Shown here: piece by piece, positions 37,892-49,015 of the stretch
How the letters are laid out: each line of letters opens with the position of its first letter
Numbering within the stretch: position 1 is the stretch's first letter
Assembly: GCA_037305845.1 (NCBI GenBank)
Contig: CP147778.1
Coordinates: forward strand, 800,001-864,000
DNA length: 64,000 nt
Source of the DNA: Candidatus Freyarchaeum deiterrae
Lineage (GTDB): Archaea > Asgardarchaeota > Jordiarchaeia > Jordiarchaeales > Jordiarchaeaceae
Direction: 5' to 3'
Made by a program: the position numbers and the translations under genes
The notes under the pieces: generated by a model
Told to the model about the DNA's origin: nothing
Databases searched by the model: none
The model's input: the letters and a program-made list of their open reading frames with translations, nothing else

Positions 37892-39427
37892 TTATTTTTG
37901 CAGATTTAACATTTTTGAGTATAGGTCTTTCCACTGTGAATAGTATCCTTGGTACAGATTATAGGTCGCATCAACGGGGTTAAATATTTCATCCCAAACT
38001 ATCATGGATTTCACGGCTTCGTTAAAGTTTTTGTAAATGCCCGCCCCCACAGCTGCACATATGGCACAGCCGAGGGCACTGCCCTCCTTAACCTTTGGTG
38101 TCGTCACTGACACACCTAAAGTATCGGCGAGAATTTTCAATAGTATTTTGCTTCGTGACAATCCGCCGGTAACTCTCATAGTGTCAAATTTGACTTTTGA
38201 GACCTCAACTATCCGCTCGCTGTTAGCTCTTATGGCGAAAGCAAAGTTTTCAAAAATTGATCTGATTATATTCTTCATGGATAACGCATCGGAAACCAAC
38301 AAGAGAGGAGGAAAAACAATAGCTGCGGGATAAACATTTATCTCTTGGCTGAAATCCATTATTTGAGGACCTAAAGACGCCCTCAATCCGTTTGCGCCTG
38401 GAGGAGCTTCGGAAGCCCAAAGATTAAGCATATCATAGATACTGGATTGATTGCCTGCAACCTCCTTCATTTCAAGGCTTATTACCCAATTTTTAAAAGA
38501 TTCTAAAACACTGCCCATTATACCACAGTTACCTTCTATAACCCATCTCTCAGGAATAATGTGGCATCCAGTCCAGATTTTTCTCTCAGCATCAACTATC
38601 GGTTTGGAGAGAATCATCTGAACCGGGGTGGTAGTCCCCGCAATAGCACCTATTTGTCCTTCATCTAGGGCTCCAGCTGCTACTAAGGCGCACTGAGTAT
38701 CCGCACCGCCAGCGATTACTGGAGTGCCCTTCTTAAGTCCAGTTAAACTGCTTACCTCTGAGGTTACTTCACCCACTACCGTGCCTGAGGGATACACTTT
38801 GGGTAAGATTTCTGGAGAGAGTTGGAAGCTTTCAACTATTTCATCTGACCAAGTCATATTTCTAATGTCGAATAGAAATGATTCGCTAGCATTACTGTGT
38901 TCCGAGGAGTACACTCCTGAGAGTTTGTATAAAACCCAGTCGTTAATCATCAGCATATGCGCTATTTTGTTATACACTTGCGGTTGATTCTCCCTAAACC
39001 AGACTATACGTGCAGGAGCGAACATTGAGGGAGGCCAGTGTCCAGTGATTTTTTGAAAGTCGGTTCGAACCATTTCCCGAACTTTGCTGTCTACGAGTAC
39101 ACCTCTAATGTCGAGGTTTGGTCCTCCGCAGAGTTCCTTTCCTTCCTTGTCCAGAAGAATTATTCCCTCTCTTTGACTTGTGGAACTCACACCTAGAACC
39201 CTTTCTTTATTGATTTTACCCTTTTTCATCGCCTCTCTTACGAGGCTGGCTATTAAATCCCATAGTTCCCAGCATACAAACTCTTTTCCGATGCCGAAAG
39301 TTTCTGGGGAGGTTTGGTATTCCCATGTCTGGGAAGCGAATGAGATTAGGTTTCCCGCTGTATCAAAAATTGCGCATCTTACGGAGCCCGTTCCCACATC
39401 TATAGCGATTAGATTTTCTCCAACCAT
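37892..39427 (-). CDS. FGGY carbohydrate kinase (LsrK/xylulokinase-like)
   Basis: IDVGTGSVR, STSQREG, GGADTQ, TGGLSRS. Confidence 0.9.
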   Translation of the reverse strand: MVGENLIAIDVGTGSVRCAIFDTAGNLISFASQTWEYQTSPETFGIGKEFVCWELWDLIASLVREAMKKGKINKERVLGVSSTSQREGIILLDKEGKELCGGPNLDIRGVLVDSKVREMVRTDFQKITGHWPPSMFAPARIVWFRENQPQVYNKIAHMLMINDWVLYKLSGVYSSEHSNASESFLFDIRNMTWSDEIVESFQLSPEILPKVYPSGTVVGEVTSEVSSLTGLKKGTPVIAGGADTQCALVAAGALDEGQIGAIAGTTTPVQMILSKPIVDAERKIWTGCHIIPERWVIEGNCGIMGSVLESFKNWVISLEMKEVAGNQSSIYDMLNLWASEAPPGANGLRASLGPQIMDFSQEINVYPAAIVFPPLLLVSDALSMKNIIRSIFENFAFAIRANSERIVEVSKVKFDTMRVTGGLSRSKILLKILADTLGVSVTTPKVKEGSALGCAICAAVGAGIYKNFNEAVKSMIVWDEIFNPVDATYNLYQGYYSQWKDLYSKMLNLQK

Positions 39428-39428
39428 G

Positions 39429-40460
39429 CTATTTTGCTCCTTTTTTGGGTTTAGGTTTTTTTAGAACCTCCTTGTTAAGAACGTATTTGGGTTCCTTTCC
39501 GGTAAGGTAACTATCTATGCCCTCCGCTATCATCTTTGATTGGCGTGTGACAGTATCGGTTGTGTTTCCTCCTATATGGGGGGTGGCTACAATGTTGTCT
39601 AGGGTTAGAAACCGGTCGCCGGATTCTATTGGGTCTTTAATGAAGACATCTAAGCCTGCTCCCGCTATTTTTTTGTCTCTAAGAGTTTCAAATAGAGCGT
39701 CTTCTTCGGTTATGGCGGCTCTGGCGGTGTTAATGAAGTAGGCGGTTTTTTTCATCATCTCAAAATGTTTTCTGGTAATCAGACCCTTAGTTTCGTTGGT
39801 AACTTTGGTGTGTACGGTTACGATGTCGGACTCTCTCATTAGGGTCTCTAGATCAACGCTTTTTCCATTGACCTCTTTTAGGCGATTCTTGTCCACGTAG
39901 GGATCATAGACCAGAATTTCTGAACCGAAACCGTTTCTCAGTCTTTTGGCTACCTCGAAACCTATTGCGCCCAAACCGATTATGCCCACTTTTTTCCCGC
40001 CGAGTTCAATTCCCTCGAACATGTTATGGTACTCTAAAAAGTCGGTCTCACTCTTGTAGATAATCTTTCCCGCTCTCAAGTAGCGGTCTGCCTTTGTGAT
40101 GTTACGCGCCACGCTCAGTATGAGTCCTAGGGTTAGTTCGGCGACTGACTGGGTGTTTCTGTGTGGGGCGGAGAAAACCGGAATGCCCTTTTCTGTGGCA
40201 GTTTTGATATCCACGTTCCAAGGGTCATCTCTGCAAGAGGCGATTATTTTCGGGTTGCATTGCTCTATGACGTTTTTCAAAACAAAATCGGGTTCAACAA
40301 TGAGAACATCTGCTCCTACACTCTTAATTTTTTTAATAAACTCGTTCTCATCAAAGAAAATCTTTTTGGTAGTACGCCAGCTCTCATATACGTATTCCAT
40401 ATGCTTCGTCAACAGTTTAAGCCCATACTCATCAAATTCAGCCGTTATAAACGCCTTCAT
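39429..40460 (-). CDS. D-2-hydroxyacid dehydrogenase
   Basis: GIIGLGAIG, INTARA, TPHIGG. Confidence 0.9.
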   Translation of the reverse strand: MKAFITAEFDEYGLKLLTKHMEYVYESWRTTKKIFFDENEFIKKIKSVGADVLIVEPDFVLKNVIEQCNPKIIASCRDDPWNVDIKTATEKGIPVFSAPHRNTQSVAELTLGLILSVARNITKADRYLRAGKIIYKSETDFLEYHNMFEGIELGGKKVGIIGLGAIGFEVAKRLRNGFGSEILVYDPYVDKNRLKEVNGKSVDLETLMRESDIVTVHTKVTNETKGLITRKHFEMMKKTAYFINTARAAITEEDALFETLRDKKIAGAGLDVFIKDPIESGDRFLTLDNIVATPHIGGNTTDTVTRQSKMIAEGIDSYLTGKEPKYVLNKEVLKKPKPKKGAK

Positions 40461-40642
40461 AAAAGCACCTTTAACAAAGCAAATTTAAATTATTTAACTA
40501 ATTAAGAAATAGCAAATTGGTTTAATAACCCTTTATGTGTAATTTACTGTGAACTTTTGTACGATACTCAAAAATGCATAGTAAAATTAAACTCTTAGTA
40601 AGAAGGGTGAATTCATATTTAAATTCTTGAATACCAAAAAGG

Positions 40643-41092
40643 GTGTTTTACATGAGCGAGGATGAAAAACCTGAAGTCTGCGAGATTTCTTCTGACCTTT
40701 TGAAACGAGCGGTAGAATTCCATGGGCATTTGGGTCCTTTCTTGGTGTTAGGTCTTATGATGTCGAATACAGCTTGCAGATTCCTGAAGCAAGTATCGGG
40801 TGTTAAAATTAAAACTAGATTAGTGCCCCCGCGTAGCTGTGTCCTTGACGGAGTTCAAGTAGCAACCAAATGCACATTGGGTAATACAAAACTGTTCTCC
40901 GTTGAATCCCAATCGGAGATAAGCGGTGAGTTCAGAGGCGAAGGTAAAAAAATATTAATAGTTTGTAAGAAAAAATTCTTGGAAAACCTTGAAAATCGCA
41001 TGAAAAGAAAGGAGAAAACTGGTGAAGAAGAGGCTTTGAACATCGCGGAAATGAATTATGAAGAAATATTTGATGTTAAGAAAATCGAATAA
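40643..41092 (+). CDS. FmdE/FwdE-family protein
   Basis: FHGHLGPFLVLG, CVLDGVQVATKCTLGN. Confidence 0.85.
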   Translation: MFYMSEDEKPEVCEISSDLLKRAVEFHGHLGPFLVLGLMMSNTACRFLKQVSGVKIKTRLVPPRSCVLDGVQVATKCTLGNTKLFSVESQSEISGEFRGEGKKILIVCKKKFLENLENRMKRKEKTGEEEALNIAEMNYEEIFDVKKIE

Positions 41093-41231
41093 GAATATAC
41101 CAACTCATCTGACTCAATGTGACGAGAAATTCAGAACCGCTGCAAAACCTCAATATGGAACATATGTTTATTTCTAATACTTCTTAAGCTTGCAAGCTTC
41201 CGAGTATTCTACTATTACATCTAAACCAGCA

Positions 41232-41452
41232 CTGACATACTCCCAACCCTGAAGGGTTAGGGGTTCTACACTTCTACTACTGTTGTTAGTGTTAGAAGTG
41301 TTGGACGTGCCACCGCCCAGTTAACGGCTTCCGCACCCCTCTCTCTTCGGGGTGAGCAAGCCCTATTATCCTCTTTTCTCTTTTTTCACTATTTAAACTC
41401 CACGCAATTCATCCCCGTCTTTAAAATAATGGGGCTTTCTTGCTAATCCTCT
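41232..41452 (-). mobile_element. Non-autonomous IS200/IS605-family element (PATE-like) with probable omegaRNA
   Basis: Left: TTAC target followed by AAAG guide and hairpin. Right: GAAC guide at -35, hairpin AACCCTTCAGGGTT and TCAG end. No ORF inside. Confidence 0.85.
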
Positions 41453-41604
41453 GTAATAATTGAGTTTGAATGGAAGGCGCCCTCTTGATTAGCTGAGTGG
41501 TTTATTACAAGCTTTATATTTGGGAAGTTTATTAATAGTGAACTAGTCTAAAGTATGTTTTTAGATTGGGTTAATTGAAAATTTTCAAATATGCAGGGTG
41601 ATAT

Positions 41605-43797
41605 TTGATGAGATCCGCGGTGGTTCGAGTATCAGAGGCGAAGCCCCGAGATGTAGGACATGGAATTGTTAGGGTTGATCCCCAAGTCGCTGAAAAACTC
41701 AACATAACCACAGGGGATACAGTTGAGATTGTTGGCAAGAAAAGAACCGTGGCGCTGTCTTGGTATGGTTATCCAGAGGATAGAGGGAATCAAATCATAA
41801 GAATTGATGGCGCATCACGAAGGAATGCTGGTGTAGGGATTGATGATAAGGCAAGTATTAGAAGAATCGATGCTCGACCCGCTACCAAGCTGGTTTTGGC
41901 TCCTACTGAAAACCTCAGCTTGACCGAAGGAGAAGAATATTTCAAAAAAATCTTAGAGGGTAGAGCAGTTACTTCCGGTGACTATCTGGAAATACCCGTG
42001 ATGGGTGAAAAGATTCTGCTAGTAGTAGCTTCTTATAAGCCAAAATGTGAAGCGATAATCGTAAACAAGGGAACGGAAATAAAAATCAACCCCAAACCAG
42101 TTAAGGAAATTAAAGATACCAGTGTGCGTAAGGTCTCATACGAGGATATCGGTGGTCTGCATGAGGAGGTTAGGCGAGTGCGTGAAATGATTGAGCTTCC
42201 TCTACGCCACCCTGAGGTATTCGATCGTCTGGGAATCTCTGCGCCCAAGGGGGTTTTGTTGCACGGACCACCAGGAACAGGAAAAACACTTCTCGCGAAA
42301 GCGGTTGCAAACGAAACCGAAGCATACTTTGTCGCCATAAGCGGCCCAGAAATCATGAGTAAATTCTACGGTGAGAGCGAAGGCAGACTGAGGGAAATAT
42401 TCCGAGACGCGGAGAGAAACGCCCCCAGCATAGTCTTTATAGACGAGCTTGATAGCATAGCCCCAAAAAGGGAAGAAGTAACAGGGGAAGTGGAGCGAAG
42501 AGTCGTCGCCCAACTCCTAGCACTAATGGATGGTTTACAATCCCGGGGTGAACTGGTTGTTATAGGTGGCACCAACCGACCTAATGCTCTCGACCCTGCT
42601 CTGAGGCGGGGAGGGCGTTTCGATAGGGAAATCGAATTCGGCATACCCAACAAGCAAGCCCGGTTAGAAATATTACAGATACACACCCGAGGAATGCCGC
42701 TGGCAGACGATGTGGATCTAAAATTTATATCAGAGTACACGCATGGTTTTGTAGGCGCTGACATCGAGGCGCTGTGTAAAGAAGCAGCTATGCTTGCTTT
42801 AAGAAGAGTTCTGCCCGAGATATATTTAGAAACAGATAGTATACCAGCAGAAGTGCTAAACAAGATAGAAGTAAACATGCAAGACTTTACTAATGCTCTC
42901 AGAAACATTGAACCATCCGCCATGAGAGAAGTCCTAGTAGAAGTCCCGAACGTAAAGTGGGAGGAAGTTGGGGGATTGCTGGAAGCAAAACAGCAACTAA
43001 TAGAAACTGTGGAATGGCCCCTCAAATATGGCAAGTTTTTCAACCATATGGGTGCAAAACCTCTGAAGGGAATATTCCTGCACGGCCCACCGGGAACTGG
43101 TAAGACTCTGCTGGTTAAGGCTCTGGCGAACGAGAGTCAGGCGAACTTCATCTCCATTAAGGGTCCGGAGTTTCTTAGCAAGTATGTTGGAGAGAGTGAG
43201 AGAGCGGTTAGAGAGACTTTTAGAAAAGCGAGACAATCAGCTCCCTGCATCGTATTCTTTGACGAGATTGACGCTATCGCTCCGGTTCGCGGTATGGGTT
43301 TCGGCGACTCTCATGTTTCCGAGAGGGTTATAAGCCAGATACTCACCGAAATGGACGGTTTAGAAGAACTCCACAACGTTGTTGTCGTTGCTGCAACCAA
43401 TAGACCGGATATCGTGGATCACGCATTACTGCGACCAGGCAGATTTGACCGCATAGTTTACATTCCTATTCCAGACAAAGAGTCAAGGATGGAGATTTTC
43501 AAAATCCACACTGCTCACAGTCCAATTGACAGAGATATAGACTTGAAAGAATTGGCGGAGAGGACTGATGGCTATACCGGAGCAGATATTTACGCTATCT
43601 GTAACGAGGCTATTATGATTGCAATAAGGGAGTATATAATGAGCAACCAGATAGACGAAAAAACCGAAGACTTCCAGACGTACACAATTAAAAGGAGCCA
43701 CTTCGAAAAAGCTTTGGAGAGAGTTAAACCGCTAACGAAAGGGCAAATAGAAAGATACGAAGAGATAGCCAGAAACTTCGCTGAAGGTTTGGCATAA
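41605..43797 (+). CDS. cdc48: CDC48/p97/VAT AAA+ ATPase
   Basis: N-domain plus two AAA modules (GPPGTGKT x2; FIDELD/FFDEID; SRH motifs). Confidence 0.96.
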   Translation: MMRSAVVRVSEAKPRDVGHGIVRVDPQVAEKLNITTGDTVEIVGKKRTVALSWYGYPEDRGNQIIRIDGASRRNAGVGIDDKASIRRIDARPATKLVLAPTENLSLTEGEEYFKKILEGRAVTSGDYLEIPVMGEKILLVVASYKPKCEAIIVNKGTEIKINPKPVKEIKDTSVRKVSYEDIGGLHEEVRRVREMIELPLRHPEVFDRLGISAPKGVLLHGPPGTGKTLLAKAVANETEAYFVAISGPEIMSKFYGESEGRLREIFRDAERNAPSIVFIDELDSIAPKREEVTGEVERRVVAQLLALMDGLQSRGELVVIGGTNRPNALDPALRRGGRFDREIEFGIPNKQARLEILQIHTRGMPLADDVDLKFISEYTHGFVGADIEALCKEAAMLALRRVLPEIYLETDSIPAEVLNKIEVNMQDFTNALRNIEPSAMREVLVEVPNVKWEEVGGLLEAKQQLIETVEWPLKYGKFFNHMGAKPLKGIFLHGPPGTGKTLLVKALANESQANFISIKGPEFLSKYVGESERAVRETFRKARQSAPCIVFFDEIDAIAPVRGMGFGDSHVSERVISQILTEMDGLEELHNVVVVAATNRPDIVDHALLRPGRFDRIVYIPIPDKESRMEIFKIHTAHSPIDRDIDLKELAERTDGYTGADIYAICNEAIMIAIREYIMSNQIDEKTEDFQTYTIKRSHFEKALERVKPLTKGQIERYEEIARNFAEGLA

Positions 43798-43921
43798 AGC
43801 TCTAAAAATTCAGAGACTAAAAATGAGAGAAAGGGCTACACGAATCAGACGAAGTGTTATACCGGTTCTTTAAAATAATGAGCAGGGAAGGTTTTTTCCT
43901 TCGCCTGTGATTCTTTTTCTT

Positions 43922-44317
43922 TTACATTTGTTTAAGTACGCCAACTATCTTTTCTCCGGCTCTTTTCATTTCCACTAGTAGAAGCCCGAGATTGGCTCCA
44001 GATTTGGTTATCGCTGATAATACGGCTTCTGATCCTACTCCTCTAAGTATTATGTCACCTCTACTCCCGCTGACTATTACCTTGTCCATTTCTCCTCTTG
44101 CGAGTTCCGTTACAGCTCTGTTTCCTATGTTAAGGAGAGCGGCGCTCATAGCTGCGATTAAGCCCTCGTCTGCACTCTTAGGTAGAGCTGAGGCCATTAC
44201 CAGACCATCTGTCCTCACTATAGCAGAAGATTCTATATCTGGGTCAGCATCTTCCATGCCTTTTAATAGGCCTTCGAGTTCATTTTTCCAACTCTTCGAC
44301 GGCATATTTTTTCTCAC
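43922..44317 (-). CDS. Roadblock/LC7 protein
   Basis: SAIVRTDGLVMASAL, IAAMSAALL, ANLGLLLVEM. Confidence 0.93.
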   Translation of the reverse strand: MRKNMPSKSWKNELEGLLKGMEDADPDIESSAIVRTDGLVMASALPKSADEGLIAAMSAALLNIGNRAVTELARGEMDKVIVSGSRGDIILRGVGSEAVLSAITKSGANLGLLLVEMKRAGEKIVGVLKQM

Positions 44318-44683
44318 CTGTTAGACTTATTTTATTTCCAACATAATTAAAGTTTCCATTTTTGAGGAACATATTATTCTGTTTTTTAGTAAAATCTACT
44401 TATTAAGGTTTATTTTTGCTTAAAATCCCCCCCGAAATGATGTATCAGTTTCTAGGCGCTTGTATGAACTATTCTTTGCGTTTTTCTAATTGAAAATTTT
44501 GAAATAGTGAATATACATACCCCATGTGAGATTCTGTACTTCTAAAAAATTTGGGTAAAGTAATTGAGAAATGTTATATATTTTAGCAGCTTGGTAATCA
44601 CTAGATAAGAGAACTTCTGGAATATTCAATGGTTTTCCGTTGAGAATTTTCTCAAAATACCATTGCTTAAAGAGATGTTATAA

Positions 44684-45112
44684 ATGAGCCGACTCTCAAG
44701 GAGGATTCGTGGGCGGAGTGAATCCAAGGTAAAGAAGATTTTGAAGGTTCGAATTAAGAGTGAGGTTGTGGAGGGTGTTCTGGAGGCTTGTAGAAATGTT
44801 CATCCTAGAGAATTTCTAGGTCTTCTCAGAGCAGAAGAAGGTGTGATTACTGAAATCGTTCTTGCTCCAGCAAGCATTTACGGTAGAGGGGTGGCACAGT
44901 TTCAACCCCACATGCTACCGTTTGACTTCTCGCTTGTAGGAAGCATTCACTCACACCCATCCGGTTCTGGTAGACCCTCTACTCAGGACCTTAACTCTAT
45001 GTTTAATTTCGGTGTAGTACACATTATTGTAACTTTCCCCTACAGCAGCCATCAAGACCTGCACACGTACGACAAAAGGGGAAACCCCATTCAATGCGAA
45101 GTTGTAGAATAA
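44684..45112 (+). CDS. JAB/MPN+ metalloprotease
   Basis: PRE...GSIHSHPSGSGRPSTQD JAMM motif. Confidence 0.9.
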   Translation: MSRLSRRIRGRSESKVKKILKVRIKSEVVEGVLEACRNVHPREFLGLLRAEEGVITEIVLAPASIYGRGVAQFQPHMLPFDFSLVGSIHSHPSGSGRPSTQDLNSMFNFGVVHIIVTFPYSSHQDLHTYDKRGNPIQCEVVE

Positions 45113-45257
45113 TCCAATATGGAATCTCCATTCAAGAGGGTTAGATAAAAAAATTAAATATAAAAAGCAGGACAAAGAAAGTGGTATAGATAAAAATAAT
45201 AACACTGTTGTACTAGTATTTTTAGTTTTTAGACGGGTGCTTTTGAGGTGAGAGTTT

Positions 45258-46097
45258 TTGTGCAAATTTTGTTACAAGCACGGAGCCGGTAATAGATGGT
45301 ATCTGAACGAAAGAAACCTTTCCGTGAAATTGGCAAAAGAGCTAGGATACGAACAATGGGAGCTGGATCACTGGAAACTAATCGACAAAGTCTATGGTGA
45401 CGCAACAAAAATGTTAGCGGGCGTACTCAACGACCCCAAAATGCTGGAGCCAACAAAAATGATGCTTGAACAAATGATACAAAAAGACGAAGGCCCACGA
45501 GTTTTCCCAGAGGGTCACCTTGGACAGGTGATTACACTAGAAGAGGCTAAAAAGATTTGTGAAGTATCTGGAGACGTTTACAGAGTTATGTGCCCCTGTC
45601 GCAGGATGAACCGAAACGAGAAAGTGTATACCTGTATGCCGTTAGGATTACACGGTGAGACTGTGGAGGGATACGTAGACCACGCTCCAAAGGGAGTGGA
45701 GAGACTAACCGTTGCGGAAGGACAGGAATTCTTGGATGAATGCGATGAAAAGGGAATGGTTCACACAATAGCGGGAACACCACTTCCAATGGCATTCGCA
45801 ATGTGTAATTGCCAATATCCAGAATGCATCGCCCTAAGACCGAGAATAGATTTTGACATTCACCACTTCCTTAAGGGACACTACGTGGCAAATGTAAACA
45901 TAGACAATTGTACAGGATGCGGAAGCTGTGCGATGCGCTGCCAGTTCGGAGCAATAACTATCCAACCCACACTAGGCAGAGCCCACATCAACCAGTTCAA
46001 GTGCTTCGGGTGCGGAGTATGTAGAGGCGCATGCCCAGTGGGTGCGATATCTCTGCTTCAGAGAGAGGATATTCCAGCATTAAGAGAGGAGTGGTAA
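45258..46097 (+). CDS. 4Fe-4S dicluster protein
   Basis: CPCR, CNC...C, CTGCGSCAMRC, CFGCGVCRGAC. Confidence 0.85.
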   Translation: MCKFCYKHGAGNRWYLNERNLSVKLAKELGYEQWELDHWKLIDKVYGDATKMLAGVLNDPKMLEPTKMMLEQMIQKDEGPRVFPEGHLGQVITLEEAKKICEVSGDVYRVMCPCRRMNRNEKVYTCMPLGLHGETVEGYVDHAPKGVERLTVAEGQEFLDECDEKGMVHTIAGTPLPMAFAMCNCQYPECIALRPRIDFDIHHFLKGHYVANVNIDNCTGCGSCAMRCQFGAITIQPTLGRAHINQFKCFGCGVCRGACPVGAISLLQREDIPALREEW

Positions 46098-46101
46098 ATA
46101 G

Positions 46102-46341
46102 ATGGCAGCCAAAGTTTCTGTCGAGTGGTTTGAAAACAAGTGCCCCAAACCGCAGGATTGCGGAAAATGTTTAGAGGTATGCCCCAGCACGGTTTTCGTC
46201 ATGTATGCAACAGAAAGGGAGCGTTACAAAGTACCAGAGCACTATGTGATTGTACCATCATTCGCAAACTTCTGTGTAACATGCAACAAGTGTACAGACA
46301 TCTGCCCCAACGACGCGATTAAAGTTGAAGTAAAACAATAA
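46102..46341 (+). CDS. Ferredoxin
   Basis: C-x4-CGKCLEVCP and CVTCNKCTDICP. Confidence 0.88.
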   Translation: MAAKVSVEWFENKCPKPQDCGKCLEVCPSTVFVMYATERERYKVPEHYVIVPSFANFCVTCNKCTDICPNDAIKVEVKQ

Positions 46342-46594
46342 GGTGAGGAGACATAAAATAACATTAGGGCGACTTTTTAATGGCCCTTATTTTTTATTTT
46401 TCTTTTTTTCTGTGTTTTTGGTTTTTTATCTTGGGTTTTCCTTTTTGTTTTTCTGGGATATTTTTTAATATTTTTCTTCATTATTATTGGTTGTTTTTGA
46501 ATTTTGAGGAGGGAGAGGCTTGTTACTCATTTATTGGTAGCAACTCTTATATGTTAGGATGGGTGTATTTTCATCGAAATCTAGGTGGATTGAT

Positions 46595-47302
46595 ATGCCC
46601 TCAGAAAATATTCGCACCGCAATAAAGAGTTTGGCGGAAGGAAAATTCATTTTGTTGTTCGACAGGGAAGGCAGAGAAGGAGAAGTAGATCTGGTGAAGC
46701 TTGCAGAGATGGTTAAACCAGAAGATGTTTTCACATTGAGGCGTGATGCTGGTGGCTTAATATGTGTTGCAATGCATCCGGAAATCTGGCACCGCTGGGA
46801 GCTGCCTTTTCTCCATGAGTTGTTTCAATCATGCTATTGTAATTATGGAGTTCTTCAAGCTTTGATTCCCAACGATATTCCGTACGATGAGAAATCCGCT
46901 TTCTCGGTGACCGTTAATCACAGGAAAACATTTACAGGAGTAACCGATAAGGATAGGGCTTTAACTATTAGAGAACTGGGATTGTTGGGAAAGAATACTT
47001 ACTATAGCAAAAGTGACAACAATTGGAAGGAGGAATTGGGTAGAAATTTCCGATCCCCGGGTCATGTGCATCTCTTGTTAGCCACAGATGGTTTGTTGAG
47101 AAAGCGTCAGGGTCATACTGAGCTCACTGTTTCCTTAGCAGAGATGGGGTCATTGAATCCGGTTTTGGTTCTCTGTGAGATGCTCGACGGAAAAACGGGA
47201 AAGGCTCTTTCGGTTAACGATGCAAAAAAGTATGCACAAAAGAATAATCTGGTTTATGTTAGCGGCGTGGAGATAATGGATGAGTATTTAAAGAGGGCTT
47301 AG
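46595..47302 (+). CDS. ribB: 3,4-dihydroxy-2-butanone-4-phosphate synthase
   Basis: DREGREGEVDL, TFTGVTDKDRA, SPGHV, RQGHTE, LCEML; ATG 46595. Confidence 0.94.
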   Translation: MPSENIRTAIKSLAEGKFILLFDREGREGEVDLVKLAEMVKPEDVFTLRRDAGGLICVAMHPEIWHRWELPFLHELFQSCYCNYGVLQALIPNDIPYDEKSAFSVTVNHRKTFTGVTDKDRALTIRELGLLGKNTYYSKSDNNWKEELGRNFRSPGHVHLLLATDGLLRKRQGHTELTVSLAEMGSLNPVLVLCEMLDGKTGKALSVNDAKKYAQKNNLVYVSGVEIMDEYLKRA

Positions 47303-47303
47303 A

Positions 47304-47777
47304 ATGGCTAAAGTGAACGTGGGCGTTACAGACACAACATTTGCGCGTTACGACATGGCTAAGGTAGCTATTGAGGAGATGGAAGATAACAGCTCAAAGG
47401 TGAACATAATAAGGTACACTGTTCCCGGAGTGAAGGATCTTCCGGTAGCATCGAAAAAGCTGATAGAGGAGTATGGTTGCGAAATAGTTATGGCTATCGG
47501 AATGCCCGGGGCGGAACCCATCGATAAGCTGTGTGCACACGAAGCTGCGCTGGGCATAATAGACGCACAGATCTTAACTAACAAACACGTTATTGAGTGC
47601 TTTGTTTACGAGGATGAAGCAGAAACTCCTGAAGAGTTGGCGTCAGTGTGCGAAGACCGTGCCCGAAAACACGCTAGGAATGTGCTAAGACTTTTGTTCG
47701 ATAAGGAGTGGCTAACTAAAAATGCGGGGCAAGGGTTAAGACAGGGCCGCCAAGATGTGGGGCCTCTAAAACCGTGA
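47304..47777 (+). CDS. ribC: Archaeal riboflavin synthase
   Basis: DTTFARYDM, TVPGVKDLPVA, GLRQG. Confidence 0.94.
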   Translation: MAKVNVGVTDTTFARYDMAKVAIEEMEDNSSKVNIIRYTVPGVKDLPVASKKLIEEYGCEIVMAIGMPGAEPIDKLCAHEAALGIIDAQILTNKHVIECFVYEDEAETPEELASVCEDRARKHARNVLRLLFDKEWLTKNAGQGLRQGRQDVGPLKP

Positions 47778-47791
47778 TGTGAGGTATTGTT

Positions 47792-48208
47792 ATGGAAGAA
47801 AAAATAAGATTGGGTATTGTTGTTTCAGAATTTAATTACGATATAACGTATATGATGCTTCAGAGAGCGCTAGACCATGTCGAGTTTCTGGGTGCCACTG
47901 TTGAAAAAGTACTGAAAGTACCCGGAGCTTTCGATATGCCTCTCGCTATTAAGAAGCTCCTCGGAATGGACGAAATTGACGCGGTGGTCACCTTAGGTAC
48001 CGTCCTTAAGGGAGACACAGACCACGATCAGGTGGTAGCTCAGCATGCCGCGCGAAAAATGATGGATCTAGCTTTAGAGTACGGAAAGCCGGTTACGTTA
48101 GGTGTATCCGGACCAGGAGTGACTAGGGCTGAAGCAACGGAGAGAATTGATGAGTATGCGAAGAGGTCCGTTGAATCTGCCGTGAAGATGGTTAGGCGTC
48201 TTAAATAG
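47792..48208 (+). CDS. ribH: Lumazine synthase
   Basis: [23 protein letters not shown]. Confidence 0.95.
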   Translation: MEEKIRLGIVVSEFNYDITYMMLQRALDHVEFLGATVEKVLKVPGAFDMPLAIKKLLGMDEIDAVVTLGTVLKGDTDHDQVVAQHAARKMMDLALEYGKPVTLGVSGPGVTRAEATERIDEYAKRSVESAVKMVRRLK

Positions 48209-48247
48209 AATATAATCGTTGTAGTAGAGTAGTAGAGGCGGAGTAGT

Positions 48248-49012
48248 ATGATTCAATTGACTTTGATACAGCTTGACAACTACGGTCCTTGGACTGAACT
48301 GTTGGGTACTGATCGTGAGCCTGATTTGCAGATATTGCAAGCTGAAATCTACGCGGATCTTCAGAGAATGTTTGCCTTAAAGAGGGGTTTGGTTTTCTTT
48401 AATCGTTTTGATAACATGATTGCTGTGTCCAATGGTATATCTGTTAAGGATCATGAATTGATGCTGAGAAGTGTGTCTAGGAGATATCCGGTTTCTGTTA
48501 GTATGGGTATAGGTTCCGCCGAATCGCCCTATGAAGCCCAGGTGTTAGCCACGAGGGTTCTTCAAGATGTTGGTAGTGCGCATTCCCAAACTAGGAAGGA
48601 AGTCCTTGTACAAGCGTCTAATGATGACAGCGGGCCGGATTACGTTCAGATCGCGCACATAGACGTGAATAAGTTTACAAGGGATGTTGTCGACCGTGAA
48701 TCGGCTTATCAGAGTTCTATTATGATTTATTCCGCCACTTCTATTCTCATGAGAATGTTTGCGAATAAGGGTGCCATTCTATTTTTTGTCAGTGGGGACA
48801 ATTTTATGGCTATTTGTAATGGTTTGAAGAAGAATGACTTCAAGGAGATATTCGACAAGTTTGAGGCAAGCATAAATCTGAAGCTTAAAGCAGGAGTTGG
48901 CTTTGGTAAAAACGCTTTAGATGCCTTATCGATAGCGAATGAGGGTCTCTCTCTGATTAGGGAAAAGAAGACTAATGAGGCAATCGTTATTAGCGAGGAA
49001 GAGAAGCTTTAA
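48248..49012 (+). CDS. arfA: GTP cyclohydrolase III (IIa)
   Basis: IQLDNYGPWT, RFDNMIA, IAHIDVN, GDNFM. Confidence 0.93.
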   Translation: MIQLTLIQLDNYGPWTELLGTDREPDLQILQAEIYADLQRMFALKRGLVFFNRFDNMIAVSNGISVKDHELMLRSVSRRYPVSVSMGIGSAESPYEAQVLATRVLQDVGSAHSQTRKEVLVQASNDDSGPDYVQIAHIDVNKFTRDVVDRESAYQSSIMIYSATSILMRMFANKGAILFFVSGDNFMAICNGLKKNDFKEIFDKFEASINLKLKAGVGFGKNALDALSIANEGLSLIREKKTNEAIVISEEEKL

Positions 49013-49015
49013 GCC

